Shown: piece by piece, positions 12,929 through 24,544 of the stretch
Layout of the letters: the number at the start of each line of letters is the position of its first letter
Position numbering within the stretch: position 1 is the first letter of the stretch
Position numbers and translations under genes: made by a program
Assembly: GCA_900088475.1 (NCBI GenBank)
Contig: FLMG01000355.1
Span: 310,001 to 374,000 of the forward strand
Reading direction: 5' to 3'
Source of the DNA: Hyphochytrium catenoides
Lineage: Eukaryota; Protista; Hyphochytriomycota
DNA length: 64,000 nt
The notes under the pieces: model-generated
The model's database searches: none
Seen by the model: the letters and a program-made list of their open reading frames with translations, nothing else
What the model was told of the DNA's origin: nothing

Positions 12929-13174
12929 GGACACTGGCAAGAAGGAAAAAAAAAATAAAAGGACTGAATAGTCATGCATGCTTATTGAAGAACGTCACCC
13001 ATCTTTTCTTTGCTCATCCATCCTGTCCCTGACCCCGCCTCCTACTCAAAGAACGCCATATCTCCTTCTTTTCGCCTTCAGAATAATCTGCATCTCTTCA
13101 TCACTTCTTAGCAGTGTGGTGCTTGGTGTTTCTGGCATGTCCGCTAGGGGACATTGTTCGTAAGTCTTCTCTCC

Positions 13175-16100
13175 TCATAGTTCTTTGCTATCAATCGGTT
13201 CACGGTTATCAGCTCCATGTTTATGAGATGATGTCAGGTGGAGCTTCTCTTCTGTCTTTTCAATCACATTCTCCGCCAACTCTAAGATCCTTGACTCGAT
13301 TTGCTGGTGGCCGGTTCCTTCTTTCCACCGATAGTGCTTGTTTGCAACTATCCCAGTGTAATGCTCAACCTTTCCAGATGGCCAGGTTACCTGAGCGCCA
13401 AAAATGGACGTTAGATAAAAGAAAGTAAGAGAGATAGGAAAGGAGAGGCAGCACTAAGCCATGATAAGGACAAGGAAGTGTCCGCAGAGGCCAGGCAAGC
13501 ATAGAGAATAGCGAGACCAGAAGATTATAGAAGAGTAGCAGTGAAGGGTCAGGAATCGGCCAGCCAGAACCCAGGGGACCATTTCAAGGGCACGAGGAGA
13601 CCTTGAAGTTGGCGGCTTCGTCTTGGCCATCTCCAAGGCCGAAGATCAGTCTTCGAGACTCCGAGGAAGCGAAAGAGGAGCCACCCGTCACTTCCTTCAC
13701 TCCTGCGATGGTGTCCGGAATTGGAGCGGCGAGGTACATCTCTACTCTTGCACCCACAGCGTCTCTATAGCAACATCAGGCGGGGTTACAGGATATAGTA
13801 AAGCAAAATAGTATCTGATAAAGCAGTTCAGACTCAATCTCAATAAGTGGCGACCAGAGATGTAACCTATAGTTGTGCTGTGAGGAGGCAGGCTTACCTG
13901 TTGCTCTCCACGCCAATCAGCTGAATGGAGATGTACCGATTACCGTTTCCTGCACAGCACGAGGCACAACATAGAGTAAGACCTTCTTGCTCTGTCCTTG
14001 CTCCTTACTCTCTTGAAATTCCACATCTTCTCTCTCGTGTGACTTTTGGCCCCCGACAATGTTTCTCTGTCGCCTACCATTGTTCATCAAGACAGTGGGG
14101 GTGCCATCCCCTTGCCAGCCAAACTTTTTCTCAGTGCCAAAAAGGTTTAGATCAGCACCGAACTTGGTTGTGGCCACCACGATGTCAGGGAATCCTAATA
14201 AGAAACAGGAAGGCACGAGAAAAGAGATGAGTACCCATACCTTAAAACCTTCACAAAGGAGACAGTATGACACAAACGCAAGAAACTGAAAGGCACCGCT
14301 TCTCCTCCTACCATCGTTATCAAAGTCGGCGATAGCTGAACCTGAGGTGAAGATGTCACTGAGGTCCACTCGGAGGTACTCCGAGGCTTCCTTCATAGTA
14401 ACGTTGCCTCGCCATCCAGGCCGCTGATGGGTGAAGAAGAGGCGACCTGTAGGCCAGTACAAAGCGTGATGTAGGATGCAGCGGGGTGTGATGAACCCGA
14501 AAGGTTGAAGTTAGAGTGGTCCTCCAGCTGCTTTTTAGCTCTTGAACTTACCTGGATTTGAGTACAGAAAGGGCCTCATAGCAGCTGCCCCGAACATGGC
14601 AAGGTCATCGAAGCCTAGACAAGCCAAAAAAGAGCTCAATTAAAAATGGATCGTAGTATGATAACAACATTAACGCAGCAAAGGAAAGGGATGCCAAAGC
14701 GAAGAGACGTCAGGGAAAGCAATGTCTGAGGTCAAGATACGTTGACTAGTAGCACTGATTGGATCAGCCTGGAGGTGAATCAGCCCTACCATCATTGTTG
14801 AAGTCCGCACTGTTGACGCCCCACCCCATCTCATACTGCCCTATGCCGTACTGGTCAGCGGCGTTGGTGAAAGTCCCTTCACAGTCACTTAGAAAAAGTC
14901 CGTGGGGCTGATCCTTGATATAACTCAGTACTTGATGCTCATGCTTGGTCATACCCATGTTCGTCGCGCTTCAGAGCAGGAAGAGAGACAAACAATGAGG
15001 GAGTACAGGGCACGCAACGTAGCAGGGAAGGGATATAATGACGGCAGGGAGAGTGAAAGTGACAAGAGAGTTCTGCTTAGGTGTTGAAGTCAGAGCTGTG
15101 TCGAATGTAAGGACTGCGCCACCCCACATTTTGGTCCTCAAGGAAACTTGTAAGGCTCTCTCACCAGAAGTCCAGGCAACCGTCCTTGTTGAAATCTCCG
15201 TAGGTTATTCCGCGCCAGTATCCCAAAGCAGTGTCCAAGCCTGCTTCGCTGGTTCGATCCCGGAAGGTGCCATCTCCAAGCTGTTCGAAGAGAAAGATAG
15301 GCCCCGGTTCCACACTCGGATGGACAGTATTGCCATTCAGGGCAAGCATGTCCAGATCCCCATCCCCATCGTAATCAAAGAAAGAGACCATTGGAAGGCC
15401 AGGGTACGGTGTGAGAAGAGCAGCTAGGCCGCTGGACTCCGTAGCGTCTTCGAACGTCAACTTCTTCTTGCCTGGCAATCGGAGGGATAAATGTTAGACG
15501 AATAGAATGGAAAAATGGAATGGGTAACTCAATGCTTTAGATGACAAGCCCTGATGTGACTCCTTCGGTCTCCAACTCCCAATGGATGGGACTAGCTAGC
15601 ATATCACGCTTGCCTCACCTTGCCACCCTTCCTCTTAATCCGGGTCATCTCTCCCTTCCTTTTACCCTGCTCCTCCTAGCCCAATGTTCAACAACAGATC
15701 ATCGTACTACTTCTGCACCGTCAAGCCTAGCCTCTACCATCTCTCCGGCCTCTGCTGACTTTACCTCTATTTAAAAAAAGCTTGCTGGGGTAGTTCCTCC
15801 TGTTTAAAGGTTTCCACTTGGCATCACCATGAGCTGCAATGAAGACATCAAGATAACCGTCATTGTCTATGTCCGCCAAAGCTGCTGAGGAAGCTGTAGC
15901 AGGCCCAAGGAGCCCAGAGTCCTAACCGCAACGAGATGAGCATTCACGATCACCACGCCAGAAGGAGATAATGAAGTCCAAGAGAATCAAAGGACGATCA
16001 AGGAGTGAGAGGTGAAGAGATAAAACGGTACGAAGGTGCATGTCAGTTAAAGAGGGAGGAGCTTAACGGAGGGAAATAACCCTGAGAGAAGAAACAACGT

Positions 16101-16876
16101 AAGCACGATCTGGGCAAAGAAGCAAAGAGAATTTTGTGCACGAGCTAACACCGAAGAAGATCAAAGAGCAAAGCGAGGGCTGTCGAGTGTGATTGGAGGG
16201 GATCAGGTACACCGTTCAGCTTCATGTTAAAGAATCGGTGGCCGTCAAGTCAGAGCCACAGACCTTAACAATCTCAAAAGTGCCGTCGCCATTGTTCCGC
16301 CACAGAACAGTTTTATCACCGTCTGCGACACACAGAAGGTCTACCAGTCCGTCATTGTCAAAGTCCGCCGCCAGAAGTGCTGTCGCCTGCGCAAGTGCCT
16401 GTGGGTCCCCAAACGCCTTCGCGGTGACATCCTGATTCGCAAGAGTGCCAAAGAACGACTATGTAAGTCTATCCGAATGCCATAAGAACTAGATAGCATT
16501 ATAGGCATGAACCTCGAAAGAGGTAAATCTCTGTCCTTTGTTTCTGTAGAGTCCTCTTGCCACTGCAAAGTCCTCGAAACCATCCCCATCATAGTCTAAG
16601 ACTGCCACTCCAGACAATAGATTAGAGACGGTAACCTGGCGGCAGGCGGAGCAAGGGTAAGTGCGAAGGAAGCCTAAATCAATGCGAATGGAAGGAAAAC
16701 TAAGCTGACACAGGGGAAAGCATATCGGTCGCCTCGCTTACATCGTTGGCAGGGATCTCTAGCTTTGAGAAGCTGACCGGTCGGAAAGGGTACTGAAAAT
16801 TGTACTGTTTCGAGTCTTCTCCGTCACCAAGCTTTACTGATACGAAGGCCAAGGACAGCCACGCCCAGGCCCTCAT
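13175..16876 (-). CDS. CRTAC1-like secreted protein: FG-GAP/VCBS beta-propeller repeats plus ASPIC/UnbV domain, multi-exon
   Basis: Signal peptide MRAWAWLSLAFVSVKLG. Repeated D(Y/F)D.DG..D motifs (LDYDGDGFED, ADFDNDGLVD, FDYDGDGDLD, GDFNKDGCLD, ADFNNDG). C-terminal ASPIC-like LIGVESNRDAVGARVE...KEVTGGSSFASSESRRLIFGLG...VTWPSGKVE. Ends IDSKEL*. Confidence 0.88.
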
Positions 16877-17219
16877 ACTGCCGCTTGTCTAGTAGAACGC
16901 TTCGTTCAAGTCAGGTCGCTGCCTTCTAGACGGCGATGCCCCAGAGTAAACACTGCCGATCTCTAGAGGTAATTTGAGACCGACTCTGAAAGCTCTGACA
17001 TCGCTCCAGCCTCCAGCAGCAAGGCACAGAATCTACGATGAGCTCGTACAAAAGATCTGCTGACAAGATCTTTGTGTCCCGTCTGACGCCTGACTTCAAG
17101 CTTCGCAGTGCCGATTGAGAATAAGTAAGGAAGGAATCAAGAACGCCTTCTATTCTCCGCACTACTATCGTGGATAAGGGGTAGATTCGATATCAGAACA
17201 ATGCTCTTGTCAGGTCGTT

Positions 17220-18580
17220 ATGGGTCTTGACGGTCTTCAATCCTCAACTTTCCACGGTCAACAACAGGGTGTCGTCTTTTGTTCTGGCAGCCCCTGTCTG
17301 CAGCATTGGAAGCAAGGCTCCTCTTCAGATCATAAATCGACGCTATCCAGCATGGCAAGAGATGACGTGTCCGCGGCCACCATTACAAGTGCAAGGACAC
17401 ATCCATACCATAGATGCGCCATTGCCTCAATGCTCCTGTTGGAGTCATCACAACGCGGTCACCTATTGACGACGATGCCTTCGTCGTGGTCCTCTATTAA
17501 CATCAAGCCGGGAAAGCGTCTCCTATGGCGCAACAAACATTATAGAAGATCGGCTTCTTCTCTTACGACTATACAAAAGGACATGTATGGCAGACCGAAG
17601 AAGAGAGATCTTGTGGTGGCGGCTGAAGAATACGTTAGCACAAAGCCACTCGCCTGCTCTTCACCGCATTGACAAAAGGGTCCAACAGGGACATTGCCAG
17701 GATCTTTCCTAGAACGAAGCCTCTGTCGTCTCTCTTCCGTATTTCCCGCAGGAGGTTAGCTCCAATGCACTACCCACACGTCTTCTTCCAATTTGTTTGG
17801 GAGGAACAGGTCAAGTAATAAGGATGACGACGGTGACACTGAAGGCAGGAGCGTGGTCACGCTCATGAAGGAAAGAAACAGCCGCCCTAGAGGCGGAGAA
17901 ATCCCCAACACGAAGAACTATCTTGCCTCTCCCAACAGCAGGTTTGCCGCTTCTACTGATCACCTTTTTTTTGTAACACATGTATGGCGTCATGGCTTTT
18001 GACAACAACTTCAACAACGCAGTCGACGAGCGAGTGGTCGGCGGAGATTAGAGCTGTAACTGTCATCACTGACACTACTACTTCCTTTCTCGACAGAAAG
18101 AAAGCAACCAATAAGCTCTCACACCGACTTCCCAACAAAACTACATCTCCTACGTAAGAGAAGCCATACAGACACAGCTCTTGTCACGACAAGAGAAGAA
18201 GAGCCCCTTCAACAACACAGAAAACTACTTCAACATCTCAATCACCCTAGAGAGAGGAGGGAAGCCTACATCATCGTCCGCGAACTGTACAAAGTAAGTA
18301 ACAAATAACTCCTCTCACTCCAGGTCATAGCCACCACTAGAACCACCGACGACCACTCACCACTAAACAACGCCTATTGCAATTCCTCAGCATCACTATC
18401 ACAGAGAGTACTCATCACTACTGAAGACCTTCACCTACACCCATCAGTGTACCGAAGGAAATAAAGTGCCATGGAACCCAAGCCCTAATAAGAGCAGCTC
18501 TTCTTGGACCTCTGCCGGTAGACCGTGGAGTAGAGATCTGGTTCGATATTTGCAGGCTATAGTGCTATAGCAGATTCTAT
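17220..18580 (+). mobile_element. Decayed Ty3/Gypsy (chromovirus-like) integrase relic
   Basis: Frame-broken fragments in integrase order: EEYVS, GPTGTL (~17680), LFFVTHVWRHG (~17965-17996), TER..NQ-like (~18092), SPF-like (~18203), then chromodomain-like RGVE.LVR..GYSAIADS (~18525-18578). Many stops and stutter insertions. Confidence 0.5.
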
Positions 18581-18680
18581 GCGTATCAAACCAGATTTTC
18601 AACTACAAGGTCTACCAGAGGGCCAAGAGCTGCTCTTAGGGGTTGTTGGGTTTCCCATGGCCCTTCATTTCTTCCTTCAG
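18450..18680. repeat. Imperfect inverted repeat (foldback hairpin, ~110-nt arms, centre 18563-18564)
   Basis: Symmetric complementary blocks: gctatag/ctatagc, atctggttcgata/tatcaaaccagat, ggtagacc (18517)/ggtctacc (18609), taagagcagctctt (18489)/aagagctgctctta (18625), gaagga/tccttc. Confidence 0.8.
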
Positions 18681-19283
18681 TAGTAGTGTTGATAGAACCA
18701 GCCAGATCTCTACTTCTTCAAGGTCTCACAGAAAAGTATCTTCTGTCCTTGATTCTCATCTAACAAGCGCTACTTCGTCGAAATTACCTCTCCTACATTA
18801 GGCAACGCCGAAGTTACTCATAAAGGGCTTGTGATTATTTAGAATGTTCTCAATGGTCCACTTTGTGTCCACCACAGTGCTGTACAGCGTAGTAGCGTGT
18901 TGAAATTAGAATTACACAACCCCTATTCGGAATCTGTATGGACGTTACAGTGATGTGATGACCAAAGCCGAATGTTTCCCCATGATAAAAGCCTTAGCTG
19001 TTCTACCGGCAAAAAGATGACAAGCAAATGATAATGAATGACCGGCATCATCAGTGTGCTTCCCACGAAGCGACAGTGCTGTTTGCGACGGAGCGGGCGG
19101 GAGGAAGCGATCTTGTCTATGATGGGACTTGTCATCGGAACACCACCACAGAAAGAATCTGACATCCTTGGCGCTGTTTAAGGTCTCTTGCTGGTCAATG
19201 CGCTGAGGACTGTAAGGAACAAGACATCAATAACAAGGGAGGGCCATCATCTAGGATTCGAACGCGTAGACTCGAGGAGCGCC

Positions 19284-20060
19284 ATGGGAGCGAGTACGTC
19301 CTCCACCACCGAGAACAATCCCTATGACAACTTCGTTCGAGAGGAGTTCAGGAGGCTCACTGCCGGTCACCATCCTCCGCGAAAGTATTTGGCCTTGAAA
19401 GACCTCATGAAGCTTGGGCGAAGTGAGTTCATTCCGGTTGATTTCTCTCATATTGGGGTGCTCTTTGTCCTAGATCAATCGAGGGATGGCACTATCTCCT
19501 TGGAAGAGATCTTCAATTTTGTCTCGATCTGCCGAAAGGAGCAGCCTAAGTACACAGCGCATGATTTCGGTACTCAAATGCATGCATACTGCACACTACG
19601 GATGTGGACCTACCTCAACCAGTCCCCAGAAAACAAAGAGAGGTTCATTGACTGGGTCATGCAGCTGATCATTGAGTCGGTTATGGTGTCCTATACCAGC
19701 GAGGATTCCTCCAAGGTCGTCCTTGATGACTCTATGGCCTTTGATAACTCTATGGTGGACCCTCTTGTGACAATCAAAGGTGTAAAATTCATTGACACGG
19801 AGGCGGTGGCCATTGTGCACGACCTGCTTGGTATACAGACGAACTATGACATCGGCTACCAGACGTTCCTAGATCAATTACAGCAGGTTGGGGAGGAGAT
19901 GGGGCTGATGGAGCTCAGCGACTCGTCATTTGATGAGTATGTGCCACTTCAGGTCATCAGAGACTTCATACGGGACTTCATTGGGGGATTCTTGCAGTTT
20001 ATGGAGGTCTTAGACTTTACGGCTCCGCCAACCACGTCGCCAAATATCAATCCATCGTGA
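19284..20060 (+). CDS. Uncharacterised N-myristoylated EF-hand protein (intronless)
   Basis: ATG 19284 in gccATGG context gives MGASTSS (MGxxxS myristoylation consensus). Canonical EF-hand loop DQSRDGTISLEE. Confidence 0.75.
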   Translation: MGASTSSTTENNPYDNFVREEFRRLTAGHHPPRKYLALKDLMKLGRSEFIPVDFSHIGVLFVLDQSRDGTISLEEIFNFVSICRKEQPKYTAHDFGTQMHAYCTLRMWTYLNQSPENKERFIDWVMQLIIESVMVSYTSEDSSKVVLDDSMAFDNSMVDPLVTIKGVKFIDTEAVAIVHDLLGIQTNYDIGYQTFLDQLQQVGEEMGLMELSDSSFDEYVPLQVIRDFIRDFIGGFLQFMEVLDFTAPPTTSPNINPS

Positions 20061-21017
20061 GGAAGGGGATGCTGTTTTTAAACTTTGCTTGGCGGATTGC
20101 TGTGGCCAAACTCTCTATTCTGGCGCGCTAGCTGGAAAGCAGACTTGTTGGTCTCTCCCGCCTCGCCTCAAGTTCGTACGAGGACTGATGATCTACTAGT
20201 AGACTCTCTTCCAATGAGCGAGGCTGAAGACAAGACCGTGAAAACTTTTATCATAACTAGACCGGCTTGGACATTGTGCTGGATGGGCTGCTGCGCTTCA
20301 TCAAACTGCCAGTAAGGCACGATGCGAAACTTGAAGAAGGATAACCGCAGTACTTCATTTAGGACGAGATGTCCAGTTGTTCTAGTCTAGAGGTTCCTTT
20401 ATAGGAGACTTGTACGTGAAAAATGATCTCACCCGCCTTTGTGTCTGTGCCACGAAAGTGCGCATGCTCAATGAAGAAAGCAGTATGTTCATCACGCTGC
20501 TTAGATGCCGCTTTGTGTTACGGCTATGTAACTCTTAAATTCAACAAGCTCTCTCGTTCTCTTAGTTATACTTCCAGATTCTTGCAATGCAAGTCCATCA
20601 TGGAGTAGAAGGTATAACATCTTCAGGGCCTTACCGACTTTAGAGTCTTTGAGAGATTAAAGCAGAAGACTACTTCCAATAAAGCAAATCCTGGATGTCT
20701 TTCAGTCTTGAGCCCAGCATCTTAAGCAGAGATGGGAAGTACAACCTTAAGCTACCACTGAGAATCCACCAAACGCCTTAATAGTGCTGCTATACGTAGG
20801 TCATACGGGGAAATAAAGCATCGTCGAAATCGAGTAGAAGAGTTATGTTACCGGACTCTCAGACGTGGGGCTGCTGCTGCTTGCCTTGTCATTTAACATA
20901 GTATATCATCCACTAATGAGAATCCCAATCCATCCTCATGAGGCGACACGGTCGTCACTATATGCCTCCTCCTCGCTCTTGCTTTAACACCACCGCTAAT
21001 TGGTGGACAAGAATCTC

Positions 21018-21260
21018 CTATACAACTTGGCTACAGCTCAATTCCCTGGCGAATGTCTTGCCTCTCCACCTACTCTCAGACTGGAAAGGCTGTGTCAGTG
21101 GGCTAGCGGCTGAATAAGATCCGTGCATCATCATCATCTCTCCCTCTCCCGTGTTCTCAATCACGTCTTCACTTCTCTTGCGCGCGACTTTTCTATATCT
21201 GCCTCTTCTACAGTGTCCATAAACGCGTCTCATGGCGTCATCGATTGGAGAAGTAGGCAC
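21018..21260 (-). mobile_element. Possible PIF/Harbinger (DDE_Tnp_4) transposase relic
   Basis: HGSYSAASPLTQPFQSESRWRGKTFARELSCSQVV* resembles the D.GY.....L.TPF.......FN..LS..RVVVE pattern. Degenerate. Confidence 0.35.
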
Positions 21261-21649
21261 ACGAGTACGATAGCAAATAGTAGAGGCTTTCCATTATAAC
21301 AGAAGCAACAAAAAGCTCGCACTGGCGCTTGTTCGCAGGTTAATTAAAGATTGCGGTGCTGGCGGCATTGACGCTCGTCATCTGAACGGAGTGTGGCTTT
21401 CTGTAACAACAGCGGCAACTTCGGCCAAACTCTGTCTTCTGCTGCCTCCCAATAAAATCATCTGTTTCTTTCTGATAGAACCACTCACAAACTGAACTTC
21501 CCAAAGAGCTAAAGGTTGCTATTTATTACATGATGTAGAACCCGAACTACAGTTCTCGATTGTAGGCATAAACCGTGAACAACAACAACATTTTGGGGTG
21601 TACTTGGAACAACCCAAAATTCAAGCGAGAGAAAGGAGGAAAAAAGATG

Positions 21650-21731
21650 TGGGCGAAGTGGGATTCGAACCCACGCGTGCGAACACACCGCAACTTGAGT
21701 GCGGCACCTTAACCAACTCGGTCATCCGCCC
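21650..21731 (-). tRNA. tRNA-Leu (anticodon CAA), intronless, long variable arm
   Basis: Minus strand reads GGGCGGA TG ACCGAGTTGGTTAAGGT G CCGCA CTCAAGT TGCGG TGTGTTCGCAC GC GTGGG TTCGAAT CCCAC TTCGCCC A. Full cloverleaf followed by an oligo-T Pol III terminator (aaaaaa at 21640-21645 on +). Confidence 0.96.
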
Positions 21732-23056
21732 ATCTGACTGAGAGTCGAAGCCACACCTTTGGTCTATGTACCTGCCATAGAACAAACACCATTTATTCAA
21801 TGATACGGTGTACTACGCTGTACAGAATACAGCGGGAGAGTGTGAGAGAAGAGCGAGGAAGAGGACCATTTACGAACTACACCAACTCTTTTGTCTTTTT
21901 CGGGGCTGCCCACCATTTTTTTCCCATGGAAAGAAACATACTTCATCTTGTTGTGTACTAATAACCTTTTGTCATCAACTTTGAAAGTATCAATGCTTCC
22001 GAAATAATCCAATTCGGCGTTGTGTTTGTGGGAAGAGCCAGTTTTGGGTGATAGAGAGCCAGAGTGCCCAAAGAGCCATTTCTGGTTCGGAGGCTCTCTT
22101 ACTCCGTCCCACCTTCAATCTTCGTATCTCTTGCTCTCTCTATCTTGGATCATCCACTCTATCTCCCTCTTGAATGGATGTCCGTCTTCTTATCAATGGC
22201 TTTGCTCAACTCCTTCTCATCTCTGTCGCCCAAGTAGATATATTGACTACCTCTGTCTCTTCTCCCTGTTGCGTCTTTCTCTCTCTCTCTCTCTGTATCT
22301 CTCTCCCTCGTCTCTCTCTGTGTTTCTGTCTTTCTCTCTCCCACTCACTCTTCTTCTTAGTCTTTCCCACCACTTCAATCGCAAGGTCAACGGTTTGACA
22401 TCTGCTGATGTGTTGACGATGAAGAGCTTTGAGCTCCAGATGCATCTTCACAAGTGCAGGCAAACATTCTTAGTATGAGCTCCTCTCTCCTGCCCAGTGG
22501 GCTGGCTCTATGCACTGGCGGACTACTCTTCTCTTCCACCGTATCGTATCTTATGGCTCCATTGCGGCTGAGATTAGGCCCTGGGCGGACAAGGGTTCTG
22601 CCTTTAGATAGGATAGCAAGATAACCCCAACCCTTGTGATGAGAGACAATCACCACCATGTTTGTTGCCAGTCTCTCTTACTTCTGTCTCTCTGCCTCCA
22701 TTCTCTCTACTATATTTATCGCCTCTTCCCCCCCGCGGCGGAGACTCCATAATCTCCATTTTCTGACTGAGAGTTCCAGCCACCCCGATCTCAGCTTGCG
22801 TGCCATTCTTGCGCAGTCTGACGAAGCTGGCTCACTCTCACACGCTCTCGCTCCCAGTCCCGTCGCTTACACCTTCGGAACGGGGTTGCCAGACTGAGCC
22901 TTTGTTGGTGTCATTTAAATTTTCTCCCTAGCTGCAGACCTTCAGCAGCTTCGGAGTTCGGAGTTCGCGACCCAGCTAACAGCGCGTCCGCACCTTTATT
23001 CTTTTCTCTCTATCTTCATAACTTATCGTGCTTTCGCTGTTTCCAACTGAAGCACA

Positions 23057-24544
23057 ATGCCGCCAAAATCTTTAAAATACCTGCTAGGCTTGGCCCTGCT
23101 GGCGTCCACAGCTGCTGCCAATCAATCTCTCTCCTGCTTCAACTACTCTCCATTTTATCATGAAGATTACTTTAACGGAAGGGTAGCAGAACTGCTCGAC
23201 AGAGACTTCGCGACAGCCAGACGGCGTGGCATTACGTGCGTCAAGACGTTTCACACCGCATTTTTTGGCAATTCGGTCACTGATGTAGCTGCAAAGCACG
23301 GACTTAAAGTTGTACTCGGAGTTTTCATGCAGGATCCAAGCCTTCTGGGGGGGGAAGTAGACAACGCCATCAAAGCCTGCCAGCAACGTCCTGACAGTCT
23401 AATCGGTATCGTCGTGGGCAATGAGAACCTTAACGGGGGGAATCAGGGAGAGTTCTTCGCCATCATTGACAAGATCAAAGGCTCTGGCTGCAGAGTCCCC
23501 GTCGGAACAGCTCAAAAGTCCCCTACTTACCTGGACGGTACCTTCTCCAAAGAGTTTGCGGAGAAGGTGGACTTCATGGGCGTCTCTCTTTACTCTTTCT
23601 TTGGTCCTATCCCTAACCAGGAAAGACCCATCGAACCCATCAGGGGGCAATTAGATAGACTGAGAGGACTTTGGGAAGGGCAAGGGCACAAATTCAGAGC
23701 CACAGAGATTGGCTGGCCGACAGGTGGAAGCTTTGCTGGCAACGTTGGTTCCTTGGAAACTGGCCAGCGGTTTATTGATCAGATTGCAGGGCCGGTCTGT
23801 GAGGGGTATTTTGGCGATTGGATTGCCTTTTTCCAAATGTTTGATGAGCCCAACAAGCAAGGAGGGGAATTTGAGAGGCATTTCGGGCTTCTACAGCCTG
23901 ACGGCTCTAACAAGCTTAATATTGACGTCCTGATCCAGTGCTCGAAAGATGCTAATGCTGTTGCTGCTCCTCCGGCGGGGCCAGAGGCTCCTGCACGTGG
24001 TCCTCCAGCACCTGCACCTGGCCCTCCTGCACCTCCTCCAGAGCCTGCACCTACTCCTGCTCCGCCAGCTCCCACTCCTGCTCCTCCGTCCACGACTCCC
24101 ATGTATCCACTCGCTACTGATGCTCCAAAAGATTCCACTGAACCAGTGGTCGTCCAACTTCCCGGTGCTACCTTTACGCCTAGCCCTGCTGATGGTAGCG
24201 CCGAAGGCAATGAGGGCCCCGTCGGCCCGGTGAACGATGATGCAGATAATCAATTGGGCGGTGCGCAGGATGACTCTGACTATGAAGACGAAGGAGAGGA
24301 CGATGGAAGCTCTTCCCTTTCTGTGATCGGTAACGACGGCTTGTCCGGCCCAGACAACAATGTGCCCTGCCCCATTGGCCAGCTCCCGGTCTCTGTTGAG
24401 GGCATTGGGACCTTCTGTACCGCTATTCCTATCTGTGTTGGTGGGATACCTGACGGCAACTGTCCTCCTCAGCAAGCGGGTCTCCCCAATGGCGCCAGAT
24501 GTGCTATCGTGAAGACTGGGGTGGCTGGCTGTGTAAGCAACTAA
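23057..24544 (+). CDS. Secreted GH17 glucanase with Pro/Thr-rich and acidic linker and C-terminal oomycete-type Cys-rich module (intronless)
   Basis: Signal peptide. GH17 motifs GIVVGNE, ATEIGWPT, FFQMFD and ERHFGL. PAP-rich linker. C-terminus CPIGQLPVSVEGIGTFC...CVG...GNCP..Q.GLP.G..C.IVKTGV.GCV. Confidence 0.92.
   Translation: MPPKSLKYLLGLALLASTAAANQSLSCFNYSPFYHEDYFNGRVAELLDRDFATARRRGITCVKTFHTAFFGNSVTDVAAKHGLKVVLGVFMQDPSLLGGEVDNAIKACQQRPDSLIGIVVGNENLNGGNQGEFFAIIDKIKGSGCRVPVGTAQKSPTYLDGTFSKEFAEKVDFMGVSLYSFFGPIPNQERPIEPIRGQLDRLRGLWEGQGHKFRATEIGWPTGGSFAGNVGSLETGQRFIDQIAGPVCEGYFGDWIAFFQMFDEPNKQGGEFERHFGLLQPDGSNKLNIDVLIQCSKDANAVAAPPAGPEAPARGPPAPAPGPPAPPPEPAPTPAPPAPTPAPPSTTPMYPLATDAPKDSTEPVVVQLPGATFTPSPADGSAEGNEGPVGPVNDDADNQLGGAQDDSDYEDEGEDDGSSSLSVIGNDGLSGPDNNVPCPIGQLPVSVEGIGTFCTAIPICVGGIPDGNCPPQQAGLPNGARCAIVKTGVAGCVSN

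Noticed and set aside
22020-22900. Cluster of overlapping ORFs upstream of the second GH17
   Set aside because: Produced by CT/GA microsatellite low-complexity sequence; no coherent protein.
23779-24475. Gly/Ala- and Arg-rich minus-strand ORFs
   Set aside because: Shadow frames of the Pro-rich GH17 linker.
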